From Orbicella franksi (lineage: Eukaryota), in contig OZ116698.1 in the NCBI GenBank assembly GCA_964199315.1, positions 42,222,001-42,286,000 of the forward strand: DNA of 64,000 nucleotides. The letters are read 5' to 3'. The position numbers and the translations under genes are program-made. Of the stretch, positions 40,730 through 56,400 are shown piece by piece. Each line of letters begins with the position of its first letter. Within the stretch, counting starts at the first letter, position 1. The notes beneath the pieces were generated by a model. That model was not told the DNA's origin. It made no database searches and saw only the letters and a list, made by a program, of their open reading frames with translations.

Positions 40730-41376
40730 CCCCACACTACGCTGGAGGAATTTGAAAACTGAGATTAATATTTGTGTCTAACAAAAACTCGGGCAGGAAA
40801 AATCACTTGATTATCGTGACGCTATCGATGTTGAAAAGCTCCGTTTTTCAACATGTTTTCCGTCCACAAGAAAACGAAAAGCTGGCGTTTAACAATTCCT
40901 CTGGTTTGAAGAGCGTATTCGAAAAGCTCCGTTTTCGTGACGGATTAGTGTGGACGGTAGGCCTAACCTTCGGACCTGTCTACAAGGAGGGAGGGTTATC
41001 CTAGCAAGCGGGTTAACCCTAGCTGAAGGGCAAAAGATAGCCCGGGTTTACAAGCAAAATTTCGCAGGTAGGGTAACCCTACAACCCGGGACAACTTAAA
41101 CGCGGCTACACTCAAAGAGCCTGGAAACAATTAGAAAGTTAACTCGGGTAGACGGGTTAACCCTACTTGGAGTGTTTACAAGGAAAAAAGTTAACCCGCC
41201 TGCCAGGGTAACTCTAGGCCAAATTGCCTTGTAAACACGACAAAGAAAGAAAGAGGAAATGTGTGAATGCTAGGGTAACCCGCTTGCTAGGGTAACTCCC
41301 TCTCCTTGTTAACAGGCCCTTAGAAATAACAAAAAGCTGCGTTTTCAAATTCCTCCGGCACTGTGTGAACGGGGCC
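40730..41376. mobile_element. Host MITE interrupted by a second MITE
   Basis: Ends cacactacgctggaggaatttgaaaac and gttttcaaattcctccggcactgtgtg are inverted repeats. Confidence 0.65.
40972..41319. mobile_element. Harbinger-like MITE nested in the host MITE
   Basis: About 44-bp imperfect terminal inverted repeats (ggacctgtctacaaggagggagggttatcctagcaagcgggtta and its inverse), flanks TTC/TTA, and repeated gggttaaccc motifs inside. Confidence 0.75.
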
Positions 41377-41823
41377 TACATTGAGTGTCAGAAAGGTCTC
41401 CATTATCGACCCGTTACGTTTTACGGGGGTCATGAGTTTAAAATGGGAGAGTCAGTGGGGGGAGGGGCTTAAACAGGAGGATAAACTAAAGGAAACAATG
41501 GACAGCTGAATGAAAAATAGCCTGTTAGTGAAAGGAGATGCTCGGTGCATGACCTAAAGAAGGGGGTTTTGCACCACGGAGTTATTCGTTTTCTTTTGTA
41601 TTCAAAGAAATAAAAATAGACATAACCGGGCAGGTAAAAGTGTAAAACTTTCTTTTACTTCTAAAACTGCGTGTAAAAACCTGCTAACGACTTACGAGTC
41701 ACTTAACAATGGTATCAAATTGACTCGTTTTGCTTTCGAGGTGCGTCAGAAATTTGAAGCCGTTCCGCGTGATTAGAAATTGTTCCCGAACACGTCAGAC
41801 ACGTAGTGGAGATATAATAAACA

Positions 41824-41978
41824 TCTTACTAATAACCTCGTTTCCTCGGTCCGTACTGTAAGTTACGGATCCTCGTTTTCCCCTTTGATTTATGTCCCGC
41901 GCCCGGGCCTTAAATCGACGGGGAGAAAAACTCGGTCCGTAACTTACAGTACGGCCTTGGAACTCGGTTAGCAAAAGG
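41824..41978. mobile_element. Palindromic non-autonomous repeat
   Basis: ccgtactgtaagttacgga and tccgtaacttacagtacgg inverted arms. Confidence 0.65.
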
Positions 41979-42296
41979 TATGTACACAACATGGGAATCT
42001 GACAGAAATTTAGCGAGATCACAAAAGCCGAACGCTGGTCGCTTTTCTCGATACCAAAAATGACCGCTTAATAGAGGCTTGACTGTACCAGGTTAACACA
42101 CTTTAATCCATGATCAACTGTTAGTAACCTAACACTATCAATGTTTCCGTTAGGCACTGTCGCACATACTTCCACACTTTTGCAAAATAAAAGCCGATTA
42201 CCAATGTGTCTGACAGAGACTGACCACAAAGACAACACAACAAACCATTTTCTTTCCAAGTTTCTAAATTTTATTTTACAGCTCTGAAAGCAGGGT

Positions 42297-45906
<3,610 letters not shown>

Positions 45907-46292
45907 CTTTGTGTTATTTTACCTAAGTAGATTAATTTTCCTAATTATCTATAACAGGCAAAATAAGGCTGAAAGGACAGAAACACTTTGACTGCTGCAT
46001 GATTTTTACACAGTCATAAACGTAACATTTTCAAACACTAGGAATTCTCAAGGTAGTCTTTAATGAGAAAGATCTACTAAAAAATAACAAAGTTATCGTC
46101 AAGTTGCAAGTTTCTCTGGTCGGAATCGTGATCATCCAAATTTTTATAAAGCCCATTCAAATTACAGAGATCCAATACACTAAAAGTAAGCAACGATAAT
46201 AATTCTCTACAGGTTATGTATTTTGGGAAAATCATAAGGAAGGATTGGAGAGATAATTTGAGATATCGAGAACACATTGAGATCTGTCTCAC

Positions 46293-46462
46293 CTTCGTAG
46301 AGGAAGGCAGAAAGAGGACATATACCCAGAAGCCCTTTCGCTATGGGCACTTCATTGCGCAAGCGCTCCCAGTGATTCAAAATGGCGCCCATCTGATATG
46401 TTTGCGTCCAACAACTGGTAACATTTCTGTCTGCTTTCCGTGGCGGTTTCATTTTGTTCAGG
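46293..46462. promoter_or_regulatory. Bidirectional promoter of RPL17 (-) and FKBP (+) with TCT/5'TOP initiator
   Basis: Minus-strand tcctCTTTCTgccttcctct at 46318-46299 is a TCT/TOP motif followed by a GTGAGA donor at 46292. A YY1-like aaaatggcg lies at about 46378-46387 and the FKBP ATG is at 46463. Confidence 0.75.
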
Positions 46463-49400
46463 ATGTTTTGGGGTAATTGTACTGTTCTTTTTTGTATTCC
46501 TTCCCTTATTATTGTTGGTGCGGCATCGAGGTCGAAAATGACGTGCCTGAGTTGCTGAAAGTTGACCAGTTAAAAATTTGAGATCTATTTGAAATCGAAG
46601 TTTAATCTATTTAAGCTTGTTATTTAATTATCATAAGGGGTTTTCGTGCGCAAGAGGTATGTTTGAATTTCAAGAAATCAGATCAATTCTACCCCTTTTT
46701 TTCCTTTGGTTTTTAAGAAATGGTGTGTACTTTAAGCCTGTTGTAACAGCGTATATAGAGTGTATATAGGTTTCTGGACACACGTGGGAAGTTTGGAGAT
46801 CGGGTAGGGGGTTGGTGCGACCCTATTTAGGACCTAAAAAGGGAGCTTCTTCTAAAAGACATACCTAGTTCAAGACTAGAGTGCAAAACCATACCCTATT
46901 TATGACCAAAATGGCCAAAATCGATACCCTATTTATGACCAAAGCAGCTGAAAACCCTACCTATATAGCCCATATAAGAGAGTACCCCCCTTCCTGGCTT
47001 TGGAGAGCACTGGAAAGCAAAAGAGTCACTCACGGCAAAATGATTGTAACTGTAGATTCACTGGTGCTCTCTTAACACCAGCAACATCCATAGCTTGATG
47101 TATGCATTGACCTGAAACTGAGCACACTAAAAAGAGTGAAAACACACAACACCACACAACAGACGAAAATGCAACAACAAAATACAATGACACAGCGCAA
47201 CACAACAAAGCACGACAAGAAAGCACAACAACATACTATGAAACAAAACAAAACACAACTGCAACAAAACAAAACAACACAACAACTCAACAAAACTTAA
47301 TGAAAAAACGACACATAATAACACAACAAAACCCAATAAGACATGACACAACAAAACTAAACAACAACAAAATAAAGCACAACAAAATGTAACATATAAC
47401 ACAACTAAACACAACAAAACATACAACAAACCAAAACAACAAAATAAAACAAAGCACAACAAAACACTCACAACAACCAAAACACAGCACAGCTCTACAC
47501 AACAAAATTCCATCATGTCTGCAAGGTTGAACAGCTTGTTTTCAGAGACTAAGAAATGTATTTTTCATTATAATAATTTTGCAGGAGTGACTCTTGATTC
47601 TGGCAAGCGTTATACACAGACAGTGGAGAAGTCATTTCACTTGTCAATGGCAGCTCTGGGTTTTCAGAACTGTTCATCAACACCAGTAACTGTGATGGTT
47701 GAAGTAGATAAAGCACAGTTTGCACTCTGCACACTGCAACCAGGAAAAATTCCACAGCAACCTTTAGACTACTGCTTCACTGAAGGAGAAGAAATAACTT
47801 TTTTCACAGAAGGACCTGGTGATGTCCATTTGACAGGTTTGCACTTGTTGCTAACTTTTAGTACATAATATATCTTTTTTATCCATAGAGTGATAAGCAC
47901 AGACGAAGGAATCTTTGTTTTTCTTTTTGTCACTTTGCACAGGTTTGACTGTACTTAGTCAGAATGTTGTAACTCAGAACTTGATATTTTGGTGTGGTGT
48001 TTCCTCACCAAAAGATCCTATCAGGCTAAAAGCAACCCAAAAAGAGTCCAGCAGCATGAAACTTACCAACCCCACTCCCTCCCAAAATAATAATGATAAT
48101 AATAAAGGGACTGATTCACTTGTTTGTGACCAAAATGAGAGAACCCCCAAAAAGACCTTACCAAAATTATTACCCTAAAGAGTTACTTCAACCTTCCTAA
48201 TCCGAGCAGTCTCAAATCCCAGATTTCAAACTCGAAAAAGGTCTTCACACCTTTCTGTCACTAGGATTCCTGAGTATTCCTTTTGTGTCTGTCCACTCAG
48301 GTAATAAGCTTGTTATATTTTTCTGGTTAGGTTATTTAATGGATGAACCAAATACTTTGGAATTTGAGAATGATGAAGATGAACTGACTGCTGACACTGA
48401 CGAATCTGAATCTGCGTCAGTTAGCAATTCTGATTCTGATGATGATGAATCTTCCAGTGATGAAATTACTCTTGGAGATTTACTGCAAAGTGGAGACATT
48501 ACAAATGATGATAATGATGATGAAGACAATGAAGATGAGGAGAGTGGTGATGATGATTGGGATCCGTCAAAGGATAATCCCAAGAGACGAAAACAAACCA
48601 AAAAAGAAAAGAAGAAAAAGAAAAAATCAAAGACAGAGGATTCTGATGAACACAATGATGTGATTACTAGTAAAGATTTCGAACAAACAGAAGGAACTAC
48701 ACAAAATGAAGATGGTGATGATGACTATGATCCTGAGAAACAAATTAAATCAGACACTAAAAAGGAAACAAAACGAAACAAAAAGAAAAGGAAAAAGCTG
48801 GAAATGGAGCAACCAACTGTTGAAAATGGACTTACACAACCACAAAACCTGAAGAAGAAAGCTAAAAGAACTCAGTTAAAATCACCTGATAATGATAGTG
48901 GTGTAGTAAACACAGAAAGTGCGAATTCACTTCAAAATATCAAAGAGAGTGAAAAAGTTAATTCCACTCCAGTTAACTCATTAAACTCAGTAAAGACTTA
49001 CTCAAGTAAGAAGAATGAAGGAAAAACACAAAATCAAGTTGATTTACAAGAAACAAGTCCTGAGAAAAGGAACAATCAATCACAGGTCAATGAGGTAAGT
49101 ATATGGGCTTTCCAAAGCTAATTTTAAAGATATTATTTTTTTTGTTGGGGTACCTAAAGCGTAGTATTTCTGAGGAAAACAACAGACTGTGATATCCATG
49201 AAGAACATTTAAGGGGAAACATTGTGAATTTCATTAAACAGTGCCAGTTTAGTTCTGTAATAATTAGCGATTGTCCATATTAGCGTATATTTCCATCACC
49301 ATATTTACACTTTTTGTCCTTAATATATTCTTATCATTTGTGTCATCTACCTCACTTTAATTTATATTATGCACTATTGAACATTTTCTTTCATTCCCTG

Positions 49401-51217
49401 ATGATGTGGTAGAACGGCGAAAGCTTGGAATTAAAATACAGCAGCTCAAGGCCTCAATTGAATCAATGCATCTATCTAGTGCTAGTTTAGTTTTTTGTCA
49501 AGGCACAGTGCCTGATCAGTTCCAATGCCAGTTATTTAATGATACACACTCAAGCTCATGTTCTGGAGTCCCCTTTATTAAGCTTTTGGATTTGGGTCAA
49601 AAATGTTGATTCTCGTTTTTTGAGTCCTGAAATAATACTGTGGAGCCATGTTTTCTCCACTTGAGCAGAGGAGTAGTAGGAAGTAGTAGTAAGAAGCACT
49701 TTAATTTTGTAAAACAATATTGGAATTGTACAGACAAAGAAGAGGAAACTACCAGGAGGGACAGTATTAGAAGATATCACAAAAGGAACTGGACCAGTGG
49801 CCAAGAAAGGACAAAAGGTAGATCTAGAAAATGATCCAGTTAGGCTGAATAATTTACATTACTAAGATAAACATGTGAAATTTAATTTTAAGAAAATTGA
49901 AACTGCTCTGGACTAATGAAAGTTACCTACAGTACATGTAGAACTATTTTTGAAGCAGAATATTGAGTCAGTTTTTTCTGGCACAGATCTTCACTATTTA
50001 GACATAAATCAGCAAAAATCCAGATTTTAAAATCCATATTTTGGAATATCATGACCTTCATTACATTTTATCAGTGCTTTCTGGCAGTTTTATTTATTTT
50101 CTTCTTCTGCAACAGGTTCATGTTTACTATAAAGGCCATTTAGCAAAGACCAAGAAGCAGTTTGATGCATGCCTAAATGGACCTCCATTTTCATTCAGAC
50201 TGGGTGTAGGAGAGGTGATACGAGGCTGGGATCTGGGTGTAGCTGGTAAGTACTTAAAACCCTGATATCGACGTACAAGTTCTCCTTACAGAGCTCCATA
50301 AGTTTTTTGAAATACTAGTAGTGAGAAATTACCATTCTTGTCATACAGGTATGCAAGTAGGAGGCAAAAGAAAACTAACAGTACCTCCCTCACAAGGGTA
50401 AGTTCTTGGCTAATGTTACCCCACTAAGGGTGGGGTGTTGGTAAACATTACTCCTTCCTCTGCCCCTAGAGGGTGGGTGTGAGGCATGGTGGATCAAAGA
50501 TTATCACCCTGGGTTTAGCTGTTCAGAGAGTGGATAATACCATTCACTGGATAAATCACTGGTCAGTGGATAGCATAGTTTGTTTTACTAACACTTATCC
50601 ACTGTATAGCAACTTATCCAGTGAAGAGTGTTATCCACTCTTTGAACAACAGAACTGCACCCTGTACTTAAGATTGAACAGTTCAGGCAATTGCTTTGCA
50701 TTCTTGAGTGAGGAGGCACTTTCTTCTCACAATGCCTCTTTGCTCTGATACAAGGCTAAGGCTGGAAAAGTCAGCTTCACATACTCACTTTTTCAGTTAA
50801 TTTACCTTGTTCATCAGCTTCAAGTTGATAAATAACTTATGGCATCAACTCAGTTGTATTTAATTGAATACTACTGTCTCGCCAGCTACTGGAGAAAAAC
50901 CTTTTAATGCATGGCTTTTGCTTTTTTTTATTGCCACCAAAATATACATGTATTTATTATCAGTTCTGGGTTCAAAAATTGTTACCATTCATCATTGCTC
51001 CTCAAACCATTATTTTTGTCTTGGAATTTCTCCCTTATTTTTCATACTTAATCACTCTTGGACTAATAATATCACTGTTACTGGAACATGTGGCAGTATG
51101 CCATGTAATGATATCTCTAATATTTTTGTTGTTGGCAGGTATGGGAACAAGAAGATGGGGCCAATTCCACCTAACAGTACCTTAGAATTTGAGATTCAAC
51201 TCATCAGGCTGCAATGA
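46463..51217 (+). CDS. Nucleoplasmin-like-domain FKBP (FKBP39/Fpr3-Fpr4/FKBP53 type), about 455 aa
   Basis: Exons 46463-46472 (MFWG), 47585-47836, 48331-49094, 49734-49817, 50116-50245, 50349-50397 and 51139-51217 total 1368 nt. NPL domain (GVTL...SFHLSMAAL...LCTL...VHLTGY), acidic and Lys-rich linker, and FKBP domain (VYYKG...FD...[36 protein letters not shown]...[13 protein letters not shown]). Confidence 0.95.
47105..47512 (+). repeat. A/C-rich low-complexity tract (CAACA/CAAAA units)
   Basis: About 400 bp strongly depleted in G and T, in FKBP intron 1. Confidence 0.9.
50511..50655. mobile_element. Palindromic MITE, degenerate copy 2 of the 33513 family
   Basis: gtggataa...ggataaatcact...ttatccac...tttgaacaac. 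Confidence 0.65.
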
Positions 51218-52152
51218 TATTGTAAAGGGGCTAGGCCATGATTATCACTCATGTGGACAAACTGGTCTCAAAGACATAACCAAGGGCAATCAGTCTGAAA
51301 AAGACAGCAAAGCACTTAAAACTGCCCAGCTTGGTCTAAGTAAAGTGATGGTTCTGTTCCCATTCTTAATTCTTCCGCTAAATGTACGGTATGATAGAGA
51401 TAGCTGAGATGTGTGCTGAAAAATAGTGCCTTACTGATGACAGCTCTGTACAGATCCGTGTTTTGTCTTAGTTAATAGTGATTCCTACTCACATGTGATA
51501 TCTTATGACCACACTACAACCAATCAAAGATATTTCCTGGATTCCTTTAAAACTGCATCATTAGTATGCAATTTTTGGGTGGAATCTTGGCTGTCACTCT
51601 CCTGCAGATGGCAAGCTCAACCAAACTATTTACTTTGTTTACTCTAGACACGAGAGAGCAAACACACGATTTCTGGTTCTTATACATTCTGAATATGCAA
51701 GACCATTACACACAACTGTAATTCAACGGAACTGACATATTCTATACATTTTTGTAATTTCCTACAGAGCAAAGTCACTTCTCTTAAGTGGTCACCTCTC
51801 TTGTAAGGCAGTCTAGCATTTTGTGGGAGGGAACTTACTAGTGATCTCACCATGGAGCAAAGTGATTTTACATAACCCAGGGGTTACTACACAATCAGAT
51901 ACTATTAGACCAGAATTTTTACAATTCCTCTGTTTAGTTTTGGCTCTTTGGTGATGATTGTTAGATCATGTTGTTTTCCTCGGGATTATAAAAAAACTCA
52001 CAAAACTGAACTATCCTGGAGCCTTATACATAAGTCTAGATAATATGCTGTTCAATTCTAGGAGAACATTTGTTTGTGACAGTGTACATCTTTGTGGAGT
52101 AACTTGTAGCATTTTTGAAAATCACTGGGATTATGGAGGCAAGCAGCATGAC

Positions 52153-52373
52153 CAGGACTTGAAAAAAACTTGAATTCCATTTTGCCCTTAGGACAAGTAG
52201 GTCTAAAATTTTGCTTGCCCTGGGCAAGTCTTAGTTTGCTCTTTTAGTTATTTAGTTGGCGGATGACTTGCCTGATCCTTGCCCATTGGGCAAGTGAGAA
52301 TAAAAAGGTACTTGCCCAGAAGGAAAATCTACTTGTCCTGGACAACAGGACAACAGTTTTTTCAAGGCCTGTT
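52153..52373. mobile_element. MITE with CAGG termini (hAT-like; no TSD seen)
   Basis: caggacttgaaaaaaac and gtttttttcaaggcctg termini, with internal cttgccc/gggcaag repeats. Confidence 0.6.
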
Positions 52374-53326
52374 GTCAAATTCTCTTAATGCTGATCTTTC
52401 TCAGTACATTTTTAACAAGTTGTTTTTAATTTATTATAAATTTAGACATTGTATTGTATTTTTAGCTGAATCATTTTGAGGTTGGACATCATTTAAATAT
52501 TTTGTTGGCATAGTTTTCAAGCAATGTGGATACAGAATTATTTAGTGTTGCGCTGCCTTATTGTTTTTTCATCCTTTGAATTTTCCAACCTTTGCAAGCT
52601 ACACTGAAACATCAGTGGTCTGAATATAGTATTACTGGTGAACCTATTGATGTTATCGCACACTCTAAATTTCTTTATTATTACTTTACAAGGTCACATA
52701 ACAAGACACTAAGTACCAAGTACTCAAAGTACTTTTTATCTCTTTTATAAACACCTTTGTGTCTTGCTTTATTAGGAGATGAAAAACTTTCATCTAGCAC
52801 TTTCATCAACATTATTACCACTAAAATTTTATCACGGATAGTTTTGAATGTAATAATTAAGTATATATGACACTTTTAAACCACATTTAATGGAAAACAT
52901 CAGCTTTAAATAAAACATTTTTCTTTTATTCATTGACTTCTAGCCCTGCTCAACACAGTCATGTAGTCTTGCAATACATCATGCACTCATGCAATATCTA
53001 TCCAGTACACATTGTGGACTATTTTAGGTAGTAACTCTAGTGTGAAACCTGTATCTGACAGGACTTGGAAAAAAAGCTACTATTGATATCATTTGACCAT
53101 GCTAAGCTTTTGAAATTTTGTGCTGTGTGACAAACTAGTGAATCAAGATACCATTGCAGTGGATAACTGCTCTGCGAGACACCCTATTAGCTAGAAACTT
53201 GTACTGTGAAGGCCAGATAGCAAAACAAATCTAGAACAATCAATGGATTAACAGTGAGGAACTGAAGAGGATCCACAATATGAGGCAGAGTGTCAATGAC
53301 TTTTGTCTGTGAGCACATTAGCCAGT

Positions 53327-53385
53327 GAATAATAATGATGATGATGATGACGACGACGAAGACGACGATGATGATAATGATGACA
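53327..53385 (+). repeat. (GAT/GAC)n trinucleotide microsatellite
   Basis: aataataatgatgatgatgatgacgacgacgaagacgacgatgatgataatgatgac, just past the stop of the minus-strand gene. Confidence 0.9.
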
Positions 53386-53409
53386 ATCTAGTCCCTGTGC
53401 AAGTGTGTG

Positions 53410-56400
53410 TCATGTACTTGTTTGGTGTGGGACGTCAAGATCTTGTCCACATTCAGAAGTGTTCAGTGTTTCATTGTCTGCTGTCGTGGTATCACCACTT
53501 AGTCCACCATCCTTGGCTTCCAGTAGCTGTTTCATTAGCATGTCTCGCTTGGCCACACACTCCCTTGTCAATGAGTGCAGTGAGTCAATAAAGTGTGTAT
53601 GGAACTCTGATAAGGCAGATACTCCTTGAAAAAGAAATTCCAAGAAAATGTGTTAGAACGACAAAGGGGAAAAACATGAAGATGTTACTGGCCTCAACCG
53701 CAACCATGCCATGAAAAAGTAAAGAAATGTGTATAGTATCAAAACTTTATGTCTCGTGATCATTTTGCATGGGCCAAAGGTATCTCTATATCTGGTTGAC
53801 AGTGTCATGATCAGACTAAATAATACAGTTAAACTACACCAAAGGGCCGGGGTTGAATGTCTGTGATATAGAGGTGTCCATGTTATGGAGATGTCTGTAG
53901 GAGAGGTTTGACTATTTTCTGCAGCATCTGCAAATCATCACTTGCATTGCCACTGACAAAAAAATAAGTAAATAAATATAGCTTAATTGACCACTCCCCC
54001 AATGGGGTTTTTCAGGGCCAGTGAAAACAAATGATAAAAGTAGTAACGTACTGGTTAAATGAATATAACATAAAATATCCCCACTGGCAAGAGACAGACC
54101 AGTTGGGTATTTACAAATGCGGACAAGAAACTGAACTCGGGACTACAATGCCAACTAGTGGTCAGAATGGTACTTGAACCAATGACTTCCGGATTTCAAG
54201 TCCACTCTGCCATACTGCTACCAGGTGAAGTAATAATAATAATATTGATATATTAGAATCCCTAATGAGGAAAATGATGTACTTCTGCTGAACATTTTTA
54301 TCTCTTGGTTTTTGAACCTAATCTTGTCCTCTCATTTCTTCTCATCATTGTCATTCTCCTTTCTGTGTGAGAATTCAAGTTACCTTATCCTCTTTTAACA
54401 GTTGTATTACCTTGTTCATCTTCATAATTATGGGACTGAAGAAATTCCAAGGCATCTGATAACTGAATGAAGGAAGTGGAGAAAAAGCAAGGAGTCAGTT
54501 TAATGACACGAACTACAATGCATTTCAAATATCAGTTCTGTTTGAATGTTGTGCAAATCAAGTGTTACAAGTACATAATACTAAAATCAAAATATGTGCA
54601 GAAAAACACTTAAAAGGGAAGGGACATCTGTAGTGATGGTATCGCTGCCCACCACTTGAAGTCATCTCTACGCCAGTCAGCAAAGGATTGCAACAATTCA
54701 TAGTAAATATGACATATTTGGAGTTGTCATGCAATGTGACAGATGGTTGTCACACTACACTTCTCTTGCATGATGACCTATGTCATGGAACAATAGTTAC
54801 ACTATGCAGGTTAAATTTTACCTGAGGAGCATGATCCTTGAACGATGAAAGAAAATTTCTCAAGTCATTTTCAGAAGCTGTGTCCTTCAGTTTTCCATAA
54901 GCACTGAGAATTTCTGTCAAAACAAGAAGTAAGAATATCTTCCCCCAAACTCAAATCACACCTTAATTCTAAATTCTACAAACATGAAAACAAACCTTCC
55001 AAGGGTTTACAAAGCAGTACTTTCAAGTTTCCTTTAAATGTTTGGTATGCTTCACTGTTGAGGCAAGAAAACACAGTACACATTACAACAAACACACCGG
55101 CCTACAAAACACAATGAAATTACTCTGTTTAGTGTACTTAGTGTACTACTCAAGGTCCCTATAACTGAGGAAATAAAAAAACTAACTTTTAAGAACACCC
55201 TTGCTAGAGCTGACACACTGAATGAAGGAATTTCCATGCTCTCTCTCCTTCTCCAAGGGGCGACAGCAAGTAGTCCAGCCTAAGAGAACTATAAGGCACA
55301 AGTTGCAGGGAGCATGTGCAAAGTGTGTGTATCCTTGAACAAAATAGCCCAAAACTTGCCCCATAAATTTACTCCTGTACACTTATTGTAAGTCTTTTTG
55401 ACTAAAATAAACTATTGGGGTATTAGTTTTTCTCACAAGTCTTTGGGAAGACCTTGCCTCTTAAGAATTACCTCACTGCAGACAACAGCGATTCTGCATA
55501 CTCAGCCTGACATTCATAAACTTTCTGATGAAATGACAGCTCCTCCTTAAGAATTTTTATCTGTATGAAAATAAAAATGGAAAAAAAAAGTTGTCAAGTT
55601 AAAAGTAACAAGACATACTGGGTATATGAGGATCAGGATGAGTTTCACAAATAGCTGAGAATTGCTCAAACTGTCAGCTAATAAAGGACGCCTTTTTAAC
55701 CTGGCAATGGTTGAGATCTCTGGCCAGTGTTGTTTGAAAGGTGGATAATGCTATCCATTGAGTAAATCACTATCCAGTGGATAGGGTTATCTACCTTTTG
55801 CCCAACTGGGACCTGATCTGTATTAGTTTATTGATGGGTGAGAAATTGGCTTAAACCTATACTGATAGCTTAGAAATTGCCAATACTGACAACTGAGATT
55901 CCAGAACCCCATCCAGGCCCTAGTATATCAGATGTTAAAGGAGCTCAGTCACGGTTTGCGCATATTGAAAAGTTTAGCCTCAATTTTTCAAATTCGTCGT
56001 TGGTAATCTGTGTCAATCTTCTCCATCCTTAGCCATCCTTGTTCCTTTATGGTTTATCATTATCTCTGGTGTTTTTCTATCTTATTAAACTGTTATTTTA
56101 AGGTTTCCTACTAGTTAAAGGTAATTTTGTGTGTGGCCAAAATAACTCAAAATAATGAGACTGAGCTCCTTTAAATCTTGCCCAGGTTCCTACATATGAT
56201 TTTGTCCAAGGCCTGAACTACAAAATCGTTTTGGTGATGTCAATAGAAGGAATGCATTGTGTCATGCGATCCGGACCATATTGACGGTCGCACATAAAGA
56301 GACCTAGGGATATTGACGGTTGCACATAAAGAGACCTAGGGACTAGGCAAGGTTAGATTCATAATAGGCTTGTGACTGTCAAATGTTCCCTAAGCACCCT

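Noticed and set aside
47026-47516. Cys/Val/Leu-rich minus-strand ORFs resembling membrane or metal-binding proteins
   Set aside because: They are translation artefacts of the A/C low-complexity tract.
49398-49422. CTGATGA...GAAA hammerhead-like spacing in FKBP intron 3
   Set aside because: Stem II (tgtg/cggc) does not pair and no stem I/III with an NUH site was found. As a C/D snoRNA it lacks a purine before the C box and a convincing terminal stem.
53325-53629. Plus-strand ORF starting MNNNDDDDDD
   Set aside because: It is a microsatellite plus the antisense of the last exon of the minus-strand gene.
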